A DNA stretch of 64,000 bases from Candidatus Lustribacter sp. (lineage in GTDB: Bacteria; Vulcanimicrobiota; Vulcanimicrobiia; Vulcanimicrobiales; Vulcanimicrobiaceae), in NCBI GenBank assembly GCA_965277805.1, contig OZ255842.1:2240001-2304000 (forward strand), given 5' to 3'. Below are positions 1-10,609 of the stretch, in pieces. The translations under genes and the position numbers were made by a program. The stretch's first letter is position 1. Each line of letters opens with the position of its first letter. Under the pieces are notes generated by a model. It was not told the DNA's origin, made no database searches, and saw only the letters and a list, made by a program, of their open reading frames with translations.

Positions 1-1156
1 CCCGAAATCGAACGTCAAGAGCGATCTCGCTTCGGTGAGCTCGATCGCGGTCACCGGTCCGTATCAGCTCACCCTGAAACTCAACCGGCCCAATTCCGCC
101 CTGCCGTCGATCCTCGCCGAGCGGTCGGGCTTGATGGCCTCGCCGGCGGCGATTCAAAAGTTCGGCGCCGATTTCGCGCGTAATCCGGTCGGGACCGGCC
201 CCTGGAAGTTTTCGCTGTGGCGCGACAACGACATCCTCTCGGTTCGGCGAAACGACGCCTACTGGCAGCCGGGCAAGCCGTACCTCGACGGCATCGACTT
301 TCACATCATTGCCGACATCAACATCGGCCTGCGCTCGGTGATCGCCGGCGAGAACGATCTCGTCACATCGATGTCGTCGGCGCAAAAAGCGGTGGTCGAT
401 CGATCGGACCTGGCCTCGAGTTTTGCCACGTCGCAAGCGATGTTCCCGATCTGGCTGAACTATGCGCGCAAACCGTTCGACGACGTGCGCGTGCGTCAAG
501 CTCTCAACTACGCCGTCGACCGCAACGCCTTCAACAAGGCGACCGAAGCCGGCCTGAATGAAGTCGCCAACGGCATCCTGCCGAAGTCGCACTGGGCCTA
601 CGATCCGACGATCCAGAACCGCTATTCCTACGATCCGGCCCGAGCGAAACAGCTGCTCGGCGCCGCCGGGCTCGGTTCCGGATTCGACATGTCGCTGATC
701 GGCCCGACCGACGAGCTGTCGCGCCAACGCCAGCAAGTCGTCATCGAACAGCTAAAACAAGTCGGCATCCGCGTCACGCTAATGGGCTTTTCCGTCAACG
801 ACGCCATCAAGTCGTTCTTCACCGATAAGAAAGGCGACGCGCTCCTCATCCTATGGGGCGGCCGTCCCGATCCGACGATGACGTTCCGCGACCTCTTCAG
901 CAAAGATTCGTTTTACAACCCGGCGCGCACCGAACCCGACGGCTATGGCGAGGCACTGGCCACGACCGAAGCCAGCCAAGATATCGACGTTCGTGCCAAG
1001 CTCCTCTCGAAAGTCCAGCATATCGCTTCCGATAGCGCGCTGATGGTTCCGCTGGTCTTCGATTCGCAATACGCGGCGTATTCGAAGAAAGTGAAGGGCT
1101 ATCGGCCCAACCTCTTCGGCCGGCCGCGTTACGACAACGTCTCGATCGAAAGCTAA
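1..1156 (+). CDS. Dpp/Opp/Nik-family ABC transporter substrate-binding protein (5' truncated by window edge)
   Basis: Frame is open back to base 2. Family-5 SBP motifs PVGTGPW, PYLDGIDF, VRQALNYAVDR. Followed by two permeases. Confidence 0.92.
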   Translation, partial: PKSNVKSDLASVSSIAVTGPYQLTLKLNRPNSALPSILAERSGLMASPAAIQKFGADFARNPVGTGPWKFSLWRDNDILSVRRNDAYWQPGKPYLDGIDFHIIADINIGLRSVIAGENDLVTSMSSAQKAVVDRSDLASSFATSQAMFPIWLNYARKPFDDVRVRQALNYAVDRNAFNKATEAGLNEVANGILPKSHWAYDPTIQNRYSYDPARAKQLLGAAGLGSGFDMSLIGPTDELSRQRQQVVIEQLKQVGIRVTLMGFSVNDAIKSFFTDKKGDALLILWGGRPDPTMTFRDLFSKDSFYNPARTEPDGYGEALATTEASQDIDVRAKLLSKVQHIASDSALMVPLVFDSQYAAYSKKVKGYRPNLFGRPRYDNVSIES

Positions 1157-1159
1157 AAC

Positions 1160-2104
1160 GTGGTGAAGCGGTGGCGATGGATCGGAAATCGCCTGCTGCA
1201 GATCGTCCCCGTGATCGTGCTGGCGACATTCATCGTCTTCGGCTTGTTGCAACTCGTGCCGGGCGATCCCGCCGTCACGCTGGCCGGCGATTCGGCCTCA
1301 CCGCAACGGATTGCGGAAATCCGCCGGATCTACGGGCTCGACAAACCGTTTCTCGTGCAATACGGAATCTGGCTCGGCCACGCAGCGCAAGGCGACCTCT
1401 CGAAGTCGCTCCTCTCCGGCGAGCCGGTGCGCGATTCGATCGTGCACCGTCTTCCGAACACGCTCCTCATCGTCGCCGGATCGCTTCTGCTATCACTGCT
1501 GGCCGGCATACCGCTGGGCGTGGCGGCGGCGATACGGCCGGGATCGCGCATCGACCGTTTCATCATGTCCTTGTCCTCACTCGGCGTCGCGGTGCCGAGC
1601 TTCTGGCTCGCGATGATGCTCGTGTCGGTGTTTGCGTTGAGCCTGCGCTGGCTGCCGGCCACCGGCATCGGCGACGATCCGGCCGCCGCATTGAAGCACG
1701 CGATCCTGCCGTCGATTGCATTGAGCGCCGGCGGGATCGCCACCATCGCGCAACAACTGCGCAGCGCCCTTGCCGAGGTGCTCTCATCGCAATACGTCCG
1801 CACGCTGCGCGCGAAGGGACTCTCTTCGGCGGCGATCTTGTGGAAGCACGGGCTCAAAAACGCGAGCGTGCCGCTGCTGACGGTCACCGGTCTCTTGATC
1901 AACCGGCTGCTCGGCGCGACGGTCGTGATCGAGGCGGTGTTTGCGATTCCGGGCACCGGTAGCCTCGTCGTCAACGCGGCGATCGGCAAGGACTTTCCGG
2001 TCGTGCAAGGCGTCGTGCTGACGATGGTCGTGCTCGTGATCCTCGTCAATCTGGTCGTCGACGGGTTGTACACGTTCCTCGATCCGCGAGTATCGCAAGG
2101 ATGA
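1160..2104 (+). CDS. DppB/OppB-type ABC permease
   Basis: LVPGDPA, GLDKP, GDLS-S, YVRTLRAKGL, VIEAVFAIPG, DFPVVQG, LDPR motifs. Confidence 0.95.
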   Translation: MVKRWRWIGNRLLQIVPVIVLATFIVFGLLQLVPGDPAVTLAGDSASPQRIAEIRRIYGLDKPFLVQYGIWLGHAAQGDLSKSLLSGEPVRDSIVHRLPNTLLIVAGSLLLSLLAGIPLGVAAAIRPGSRIDRFIMSLSSLGVAVPSFWLAMMLVSVFALSLRWLPATGIGDDPAAALKHAILPSIALSAGGIATIAQQLRSALAEVLSSQYVRTLRAKGLSSAAILWKHGLKNASVPLLTVTGLLINRLLGATVVIEAVFAIPGTGSLVVNAAIGKDFPVVQGVVLTMVVLVILVNLVVDGLYTFLDPRVSQG

Positions 2105-2958
2105 AGCCGTGGTTCGCGCAGGTGCTGCTTTGGCTGCGCGGGGATCTCCGGGCCTCGCTTGCGCTCGGATTCCTCGTGTGCTTGGCACTGCTCAGCGTGT
2201 TCGCACCGCTCGTTGCGCCGTATTCCCCGACCGATCAAAATTACGACGTCATGCTGCAGGGTCCATCGGCGCACCATTTGCTCGGCACCGACGATCTCGG
2301 ACGCGACACGTTGAGCCGGCTGCTCTTCGGCGCGCCCGTGTCGCTATATGCGAGCATCATGTCGGTCGCGATCGGCCTTGCACTCGGGCTTCCGTTCGGG
2401 CTGTGCGCGGGATACTTCGGCGGCAAAGCCGATCTCGTGATCAGCCGGATCATCGACACCTTGCTCTCGTTTCCGGGAATCGTCTTGGCGATCGGCGTGA
2501 CCGGCGCGCTCGGAATCGGCATGGTGAACTCGATGATCGCGGTCGGCATCGTCTTTTCACCTGAGATCGCGCGCCTGATTCGCGGTCAGACGCTGGTGCT
2601 CAGAGGCGAACTCTTCGTCGATGCCGCGCGCGGCTTCGGCGCCGGTACCGCGCGCATTTTGGTCCGCCACATTTTGCCCAATGCCGTCGGCCCGGTGATC
2701 GTTCAGGTCACGCTGCTCCTCGCGGTCGCGCTGTTGATTCAAGCGAGCTTGAGTTTTCTCGGCCTTGGAGCGCAGCCGCCGTCACCGAGTTGGGGCGCGA
2801 TGTTGGCCGACGCCTACGCGCACATGGACGCTGCTCCCGGACAAATGTATCCGCCGGGCATCGCAATTCTGCTGACCGCGCTTGCTTTCAATGCGCTGGG
2901 TGATTCGCTGCGAACGGCGCTCGACCCGAAACTTCGCCGGCTCGAGGCGCAGCGGTGA
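2101..2958 (+). CDS. DppC/OppC-type ABC permease
   Basis: HLLGTDDLGRD, FVDAARGFGA (EAA loop), HILPN, LSFLGLG, PSWG; ATGA overlap with upstream gene. Confidence 0.95.
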   Translation: MKPWFAQVLLWLRGDLRASLALGFLVCLALLSVFAPLVAPYSPTDQNYDVMLQGPSAHHLLGTDDLGRDTLSRLLFGAPVSLYASIMSVAIGLALGLPFGLCAGYFGGKADLVISRIIDTLLSFPGIVLAIGVTGALGIGMVNSMIAVGIVFSPEIARLIRGQTLVLRGELFVDAARGFGAGTARILVRHILPNAVGPVIVQVTLLLAVALLIQASLSFLGLGAQPPSPSWGAMLADAYAHMDAAPGQMYPPGIAILLTALAFNALGDSLRTALDPKLRRLEAQR

Positions 2959-3913
2959 AATGGCACGCGTTCCAGTGATCGGGACTATACTGCACCCACG
3001 CCGGTTCTTCTTCGGCGCAGCGCTCCGCTGCAAGCGGGCAGCGGGTGCGAAAGCGGCAGCCCGACGGCGGCGAAATCGGACTTGGGATCTCGCCCTCGAG
3101 AACGATGCGCTTTTCCGGCCGCATGGCCTTGGGCAGCGGCACCGGCTCGGACGACAGCAAGGCTTCCGTGTACGGATGCAGCGGCCGACGCATGATGTCG
3201 TCGGCCGGCCCCAGCTCGACGACTTTGCCCAAATACATCACGCCGATCCGGTCGGCGATATGCGCCACGACGCCGAGGTCGTGAGTGATGAAGACGTACG
3301 CCAAGCCGAGCTCGGCTTGCAGACGCACGAACAGATTGAGAATGTCGGCCTGGATCGAGACGTCGAGCGCGGCAACGACTTCGTCGCAGACGAGCAGTTT
3401 CGGATCGAGCGCCAGCGCGCGCGCGATGTTTGCACGCTGCTTTTGGCCGCCGGAGATCTCGTGCGGATACCGCGCGGCGAATTCGGCCGCAAGACCGACG
3501 CGATCGAGCAGTTCTACAACGCGGTGCTCCCGCTCCGCTGCGGTTTCCACGTTGACGATGTCGAGCGGCTCGCGCACGCTTTGGCCGATCGTCATGCGGG
3601 GATCGAGCGCGGCATTCGGATCCTGGAACACGATTTGAAAGGCGCGCCGGTGCGCGGCAAATTCGCGCCGGCGCATCGTCGCCGGATCCGCACCCGACTG
3701 CAGCACGCGCCCGCTCGTGGGCCGCAGGAACCCGGCCATCGCCCGCCCCAGGGTCGATTTGCCCGAACCCGACTCGCCGATGATGCCCAACGTTTCGCCG
3801 GGTGCGACCGACAGCGTCACGCCGTCAACGGCCTTGACGGTTTCGCCGCGATGTCCCGACGGAAAGTGCACGGCCACGTTCTCGATCTCGAGCAGCGGCG
3901 CGAGCGCGTTCAC
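2888..3913 (-). CDS. DppF/OppF-type ABC ATPase
   Basis: Walker A GESGSGKST, ISGGQKQR, VCDE, HPYT, SGCRFRTRC. GTG start at 3913 overlaps the stop of the upstream ATPase; the ORF-track extension to 4231 is rejected. Confidence 0.93.
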   Translation of the reverse strand: MNALAPLLEIENVAVHFPSGHRGETVKAVDGVTLSVAPGETLGIIGESGSGKSTLGRAMAGFLRPTSGRVLQSGADPATMRRREFAAHRRAFQIVFQDPNAALDPRMTIGQSVREPLDIVNVETAAEREHRVVELLDRVGLAAEFAARYPHEISGGQKQRANIARALALDPKLLVCDEVVAALDVSIQADILNLFVRLQAELGLAYVFITHDLGVVAHIADRIGVMYLGKVVELGPADDIMRRPLHPYTEALLSSEPVPLPKAMRPEKRIVLEGEIPSPISPPSGCRFRTRCPLAAERCAEEEPAWVQYSPDHWNACHFTAAPRAGEVSGRAPFAANHPAH

Positions 3914-4890
3914 GAAACCGCTCCGGCTAAGGACAGCTCGGCGTGACGGCAACAACGCACGCGATGGCTCTCGGCGCCGCGCAGCGGCTGCGCTTGAGCG
4001 CATTCCGGCAGCGCATGCGTGCAGCGCGGCGCAAACCGGCAGCCGCCGGCGAGCTCGGCCAGCGCCGGCAGGCGGCCGGGAATCGCCGGCAGCAGCGTCT
4101 TGGGCGGGCTGAGGCGCGGGATCGAGCGCAGCAGGCCCGATGTGTACGGATGCTGCGGATGCACCAGCACGTCGTCGACCGCCGCATCCTCGACCACCTC
4201 GCCCGCATACATCGTGATGACGCGCGAACACGCCTCCGCGACGACCCCCAAATCGTGCGTGATGAACAGCAGCGCGGTCCCGTTCTTCTCCGTGAGGTTC
4301 AGCAGCAAGTCGAGGATTTGCGCCTGCACGGTCACGTCGAGCGCGGTCGTAGGCTCATCGGCGATCAGCAGCTTCGGCTCGCACGAGAGTGCGATCGCGA
4401 TCATGGCTCGCTGGCGCATGCCGCCCGAGAGCTGGTGCGGATACTCGTGGTAACGGCGCGCGGGCAGGGGGATGCCCACGTCCCCGAGCGCGGCGACGGC
4501 GCGTTCGCGCGCCTCTTTGGGGCTCACGCGGAAATGCGTCCGGATCGTTTCGGCAATTTGTTCGCCCACGGTGAACACGGGGTCGAGCGCGCTCATCGGC
4601 TCTTGAAAAATCATCGCGATGCTGCGGCCGCGAACCTCACGCATCCGGCGTTCGCCGAGCGACGTCAGGTCGGTACCTTCGAAGCCGATGCGCCCGGTCA
4701 CGCGCGCGATGTCCGGCGGCAGCAGCCCGAGGAGCGACAGCCCGGTGACCGTTTTGCCGCACCCGCTTTCGCCGACCAATCCGACGCTCTCGCCGTGCGC
4801 GACGGCGAACGCGAGATCCGAGATCACGCGCCGCTCGCCACCACGCGGCTGCCGAAAGAAAACGTTCAGTCCGGATACATCGAGCAGCAT
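3910..4890 (-). CDS. DppD/OppD-type ABC ATPase
   Basis: GESGCGKT, LSGGMRQR, IADEPTTALD, HPYT, GCRFAPRC. Confidence 0.95.
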   Translation of the reverse strand: MLLDVSGLNVFFRQPRGGERRVISDLAFAVAHGESVGLVGESGCGKTVTGLSLLGLLPPDIARVTGRIGFEGTDLTSLGERRMREVRGRSIAMIFQEPMSALDPVFTVGEQIAETIRTHFRVSPKEARERAVAALGDVGIPLPARRYHEYPHQLSGGMRQRAMIAIALSCEPKLLIADEPTTALDVTVQAQILDLLLNLTEKNGTALLFITHDLGVVAEACSRVITMYAGEVVEDAAVDDVLVHPQHPYTSGLLRSIPRLSPPKTLLPAIPGRLPALAELAGGCRFAPRCTHALPECAQAQPLRGAESHRVRCCRHAELSLAGAVS

Positions 4891-4893
4891 TCG

Positions 4894-5286
4894 CTAGTCG
4901 ATCACGGCGATGCCCTGGACCTCGACGACCATGCCCGGCCGCGCGAGCCCCGTGACGGTGATGAGGGCGCTTGCCGGGAAATTATCGCCGAAGATCTCGC
5001 GGCGCAGTTCCGTGAAGCGATCGCCATAGCGCGTGTCGGTGATGAAGACGGTCATCGTCACGATATCGGCCAGCTTACCACCGGCCTCTTCGAGGGTTTT
5101 CCCAAGCCGCGCAAAGATTTCGCGCACTTGTCCGTCAAAATTGCCCGTCAGCGACGTACCGTTCGCATCCTCGGTCACGGTCTGCCCCGCCAACCAAACG
5201 ATTCGCCCACCCTCAGTAATGACGGCCGGCGAAAAGGCACGCGCCTGGGCGAACTCGCGTTTAACATATCGTCGCGTATGACCCAT
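4894..5286 (-). CDS. RidA/YjgF/UK114-superfamily protein (lacks the catalytic Arg)
   Basis: WLAGQ, FPASALITV, VEVQGIAV. Confidence 0.88.
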   Translation of the reverse strand: MGHTRRYVKREFAQARAFSPAVITEGGRIVWLAGQTVTEDANGTSLTGNFDGQVREIFARLGKTLEEAGGKLADIVTMTVFITDTRYGDRFTELRREIFGDNFPASALITVTGLARPGMVVEVQGIAVID

Positions 5287-5314
5287 AGCATCATCTTCAA
5301 GTTCGCCCTTTCTT

Positions 5315-5339
5315 TGTCATCCCGAGCTTGTCGAGGGAC
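5315..5339 (+). repeat. REP-like palindromic repeat half (TGTCATCCCGAGCTTGTCGAGGGAC)
   Basis: Starts TGTCAT-CCGAGC like the element at 34031 and contains a short CCCGA..TCGAGGG stem; intergenic. Confidence 0.5.
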
Positions 5340-5408
5340 CGCCACAATCATCAACCTTGGTGACTGTTATTCCAGTGTGTTATCTTGCTATCAGATGGAG
5401 TATTCAAG

Positions 5409-5834
5409 ATGAGCGGACTCGTCCCCAACAAAGCAAAACCGCGCGGTCGCTTCCCGCACGTCCGGCGCGGCGGCGACTTTCTCTTCGTCTCCGGCACGAG
5501 TTCCCGCCGCCCCGACAACACCTTCGCCGGCGCATCGGCGGATGAATCCGGAACGACAAAGCTCGATATCGCCGTACAAACGAAAGCCGTGATCGAAAAC
5601 ATCCGCGATATCCTCGAATCGCAGGGCGCAACGCTCTCCGACCTCGTCGACGTCACCGCGTTTCTCGTGAACATGAACGATTTCGGTGAATACAACCGCG
5701 TCTACGGCGAATTCTTCGACTACGACGGCCCCGCGCGCACGACCGTCGCAGTGCATCAGTTGCCGCATCCGCATCTGCTGATCGAAATCAAAGCGACTGC
5801 ATATCTCCCCGCCGCCGGACCGCCGAAGGAATAG
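5409..5834 (+). CDS. RidA-family protein, probable 2-aminomuconate deaminase (NbaF/AmnD-like)
   Basis: [54 protein letters not shown]; directly upstream of nbaC. Confidence 0.85.
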   Translation: MSGLVPNKAKPRGRFPHVRRGGDFLFVSGTSSRRPDNTFAGASADESGTTKLDIAVQTKAVIENIRDILESQGATLSDLVDVTAFLVNMNDFGEYNRVYGEFFDYDGPARTTVAVHQLPHPHLLIEIKATAYLPAAGPPKE

Positions 5835-7342
<1,508 letters not shown>

Positions 7343-7344
7343 CG

Positions 7345-7656
7345 ATGTTCTGGATCATCTACCAAGAGGACCGGGAAGGCGCGCAGCAGATACGCGATGC
7401 GACCCGCGAAGCGCATTTGGCCTACCTCGCCGAGCACGAAGACGTCGTCTTTCTCGGCGGTGCGCTCCTGGCCGACGACGCGCGCCGCATCGGCAGTTGT
7501 CTGATCGTCAACCTTCCAACCCGCGAGAGTGCCGAACGCTGGTCGGCAAACGAGCCGTTTCGGAAAGCCGGACTGTTTTCAAGCGTCAAGATCACGCGGA
7601 TGCGCAAGGGACAATACAACCCCGACGCCGCACCGAAGACGGCCGAAGGGGACTAG
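7345..7656 (+). CDS. YciI-family protein
   Basis: R..TREAHLAYL, GGALL, GSCLI, EPFRKAGLF. Confidence 0.88.
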   Translation: MFWIIYQEDREGAQQIRDATREAHLAYLAEHEDVVFLGGALLADDARRIGSCLIVNLPTRESAERWSANEPFRKAGLFSSVKITRMRKGQYNPDAAPKTAEGD

Positions 7657-7662
7657 CTCGAC

Positions 7663-8328
7663 GTGCCGTCGCATGCGCGCGAGCGAAGTCTGACCGCGCT
7701 GGTCGTCATCGAGGCCGTTGAGCTCTTTGTGCTCGCACCCCTCTCCGCGACGGCGGGCGCACCGTTCGTCATCGTCGCTTCGATCGTCGTCGCAAACGTC
7801 GCCGCCGTGCTCGCGATCGTGTGGCATATCCGGCCGGCGGTCATAGCCGTACTGCTCGCCGCCGCGACCGAACTCGCCGCGGTCGTGCTGCGTTTCGTGC
7901 GGCCGTCCGAACGAACCGAGGTCCTCGATTTTGCGGCCGCTCTAATCCTGCTGGTTGCGCTCACCGTGGTGCTCGGGATCGCGGTGTTCGGCCCGGGCCG
8001 CGTGACCATCCATCGCATCTTGGGGGCGATCGCGATCTATTTCAACGTCGCGGCGACCTGGGCGCTCGCATACCGCATGATCGATGCGTTTTCTCCGGGA
8101 GCGTTCTCGTCGAACCACGTGGGATCGAGCCCCGGACACGGCATTGCCGGTCTCATTTACTTCAGCTTCGCCACCCTGACAACGTCCGGCTACGGCGACA
8201 TCGTCCCGGTCCAGCCATTCGCGCGTTCCTTAGCGAACGTGGAAGCGGTGATCGGCCAGCTCTTCCCCGCCACGCTGCTGGCACGTCTCATCACACTCGA
8301 ACTCGAACATCGGCGGGAGGCCCGCTAA
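7663..8328 (+). CDS. potassium-channel-family (Ion_trans_2) membrane protein
   Basis: Multiple TM segments; YFSFATLTTSGYGDIVP pore/selectivity-filter motif. Confidence 0.88.
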   Translation: MPSHARERSLTALVVIEAVELFVLAPLSATAGAPFVIVASIVVANVAAVLAIVWHIRPAVIAVLLAAATELAAVVLRFVRPSERTEVLDFAAALILLVALTVVLGIAVFGPGRVTIHRILGAIAIYFNVAATWALAYRMIDAFSPGAFSSNHVGSSPGHGIAGLIYFSFATLTTSGYGDIVPVQPFARSLANVEAVIGQLFPATLLARLITLELEHRREAR

Positions 8329-8329
8329 A

Positions 8330-9208
8330 TCACGCGAGGCCGGCTCGCTGACGGCAACAGCCGAGCGCGAAATCCAGCTGTTCGTCCTGGAATCGCGCTC
8401 CGGCCTTATGAAAGTCGATGCAATGACCCGCGTCCGCGACGATTGCAGCGGAACTGCCCGTTACTCCGGACAGCAAACCTGAAAGCTCTTGGATTTCCGC
8501 ATCGTTCACGACCCACAAGCCGTCTTGCTCGGCGAGTCGAAATTGCACGGGAACGGCGAGCGACGTGAGCAGCGTCCGCGCGTTTTGCGGCCAGACGGTA
8601 TTGATCTCGAGCAGTTCTCGCGTTGCGATCGGAACATACGCGGGACGTACGAGTTCCGAGATCCCGCTGTTCACGGTTTCCGCGGTGCCGAACATCAGCC
8701 GGTCTTTGTTTTCGGCCGAGGTCGCAACCCACGTGTCGGCTGGGAACTTCTCGAAGTAACTGTTGAGCGCCGGGTTCGGGGTAAGGCCGGCGCCGGATAC
8801 GGCGACACCGGCTAGCGGCCAGCTATGCGCTTGCGCTGCGAGCATCACCGCCAGAGCCGCGCCGATCGAGTGACCGATCAGCACAACACTGCCGCACGCG
8901 CTCTCGAATTGCGGCCACAAGCGATCGAGCGCCTGAGAGAGCCATTCAGCGTTTGCCGCAAGCGATTGCAACTCGTGGCCGTCGGCGCGCGAATGGCCGT
9001 ATCCAAGCCGATCGAGAGCCACGATGCCATAGCCGCGCGCGGCGGCGCGCTCGATCAGCGAATAGCCCGGGATGTCGAAATATTCCGACGTGAAGCCGCC
9101 GCCGTGAATGGCGACGATCAACGGCAATCGATCCGAGCCTTGTGCGGCCGGCCGGACGCGGCCCGACGCCGTGAACGCCGGCTCGTCGATCAAGAGTTCG
9201 GCATTCAT
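8330..9208 (-). CDS. alpha/beta hydrolase
   Basis: IHGGG oxyanion motif, DRLGYG, GHSIG nucleophile, AGHCID His. Confidence 0.9.
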   Translation of the reverse strand: MNAELLIDEPAFTASGRVRPAAQGSDRLPLIVAIHGGGFTSEYFDIPGYSLIERAAARGYGIVALDRLGYGHSRADGHELQSLAANAEWLSQALDRLWPQFESACGSVVLIGHSIGAALAVMLAAQAHSWPLAGVAVSGAGLTPNPALNSYFEKFPADTWVATSAENKDRLMFGTAETVNSGISELVRPAYVPIATRELLEINTVWPQNARTLLTSLAVPVQFRLAEQDGLWVVNDAEIQELSGLLSGVTGSSAAIVADAGHCIDFHKAGARFQDEQLDFALGCCRQRAGLA

Positions 9209-10152
9209 CCCTTGAAGATCATATCGGACGCGGGGAACGTCGGGAATTTCTGATACTTTGCCACGATGTCGATGAGCGGCTGAATCTGCGCATTGACGAG
9301 CTTGTCGGTATAGGTCGCACGGTGACCGATCGTCAGCATCGCCGGATCGGCCTTCAGTTTATCGATGAGAATCGGAACGACTTTGTCGGGATTGGCATTG
9401 GCCCACACGCCGGCCTGGTTCATCGAGCGGACGAAGCGGGAGACGAGATCCGCATGCGACTTTGCCCAGGCGGCCGTTGCGAACCAGGCCGTGGCAAGAT
9501 ACACGGGCGGCATCACGTCATCAGCGGTGGTCAAGAGCTTCACTTGGCCCTTGCGGGTGGCGATCGTGAAGAATGGTTCGTTCAACCAGCCGGCGTCGGC
9601 CCGGCCGGCGGCGATGGCGTCGCCGATTGCGGGAAACGGCACCTCGCTGAACTTCATCGACGCCGAATCGCCGCCGTTTTTATCGACCCAGGCCTTGGGC
9701 ACAAACTCCGCAATCGTTCCGAGACCGGAAATGGCGAACGTCTTGCCGGTCAGGTCTTGTGCGCCTTTGATCGTCGAGTTCGCAGCCACGACGATCCCGC
9801 CCTGAACGACACCGCGCTCGACGACGGCCTGCGGCCCGACGATGACGATCGGCAATCCCTTGATGTGGGCGAGAGCGAGCGTGGTGACCGTCGCGCTTCC
9901 GATGTCGTACGTTCCCGACAACAGCGCTTGTAGGATGACCGGACTGGTTGTAACCGTGGTCACGTCGACGCCGATGCCGGCCTTATCGAGGTAACCGTTG
10001 GCCTGCGCGTAGTAGGGCTGGCATGAGGGCTCGATCGGCTGGATGGCAACCTTCAGCGTTGGAAGATCGGCGGCGCGCGCGGCTTGCGCAAAGCTCGGAA
10101 GAGCCAGCGCGCCGGCGATCGCCTGTGCCGCGCGGAGTCGGGTCATGGGCAT
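9205..10152 (-). CDS. SsuA/NMT1/THI5-type ABC substrate-binding protein
   Basis: Signal-like N-terminus (AQAARA), DLTGKTFA, WVDKNGGD, EVPFP, EPF. Confidence 0.85.
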   Translation of the reverse strand: MPMTRLRAAQAIAGALALPSFAQAARAADLPTLKVAIQPIEPSCQPYYAQANGYLDKAGIGVDVTTVTTSPVILQALLSGTYDIGSATVTTLALAHIKGLPIVIVGPQAVVERGVVQGGIVVAANSTIKGAQDLTGKTFAISGLGTIAEFVPKAWVDKNGGDSASMKFSEVPFPAIGDAIAAGRADAGWLNEPFFTIATRKGQVKLLTTADDVMPPVYLATAWFATAAWAKSHADLVSRFVRSMNQAGVWANANPDKVVPILIDKLKADPAMLTIGHRATYTDKLVNAQIQPLIDIVAKYQKFPTFPASDMIFKG

Positions 10153-10156
10153 GGGT

Positions 10157-10609
10157 TCACTCCAATCCAAGAGAGAGGTTGCGATAGATCTTTCCGAGAG
10201 CGCTTCGAAGCGCCGCGCGTTCCGCAGCGGTAACGCCCTGGAGATACTTCTTCTCGTTGCTGATTGCCATCGGCATGAGGGTCTCGATCAGCGCCCGGCC
10301 CTTCGCCGTGATCGTGAGGTTTAAGGTCCGGGTGTCTTCCGGAACGCGCGTGCGAACGATGAGCCGTTCGCGTTCCAGCGTTGCAGTAAGACGGGAAAAC
10401 GTCGGGGCTCCGATGCTCGCGAGTTCCATGCACGTCGCGAACGAGCAGCTGCCGCGTTCCCACAAAAGAAACAAGACGCGCCATTTCGGAACCGTCAGGC
10501 CGTGCGGTTCGAATTCGGACGCCGCATACGTGAGCATCGCCGTCGCCGCACGGTTCACGAGGAACGGGATGTAGGTTTCAAACGAGAGCGCGCGCGACCG
10601 TTTAGCCAA
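10157..10609 (-). CDS. MarR-family transcriptional regulator
   Basis: IPFLVNR, GLTVPKWRVL, TFSRL..L, EDTR..LT.T.KG; TTG start overlapping the Rieske stop (start inferred). Confidence 0.85.
   Translation of the reverse strand: MAKRSRALSFETYIPFLVNRAATAMLTYAASEFEPHGLTVPKWRVLFLLWERGSCSFATCMELASIGAPTFSRLTATLERERLIVRTRVPEDTRTLNLTITAKGRALIETLMPMAISNEKKYLQGVTAAERAALRSALGKIYRNLSLGLE

Noticed and set aside
3914-4231. ORF-track N-terminal extensions (also on MarR, Rieske #1/#3, 28031, 28743, 50846, 57852, 59777, 60286)
   Set aside because: They overlap upstream genes; internal starts with stop/start coupling or an RBS fit the family lengths
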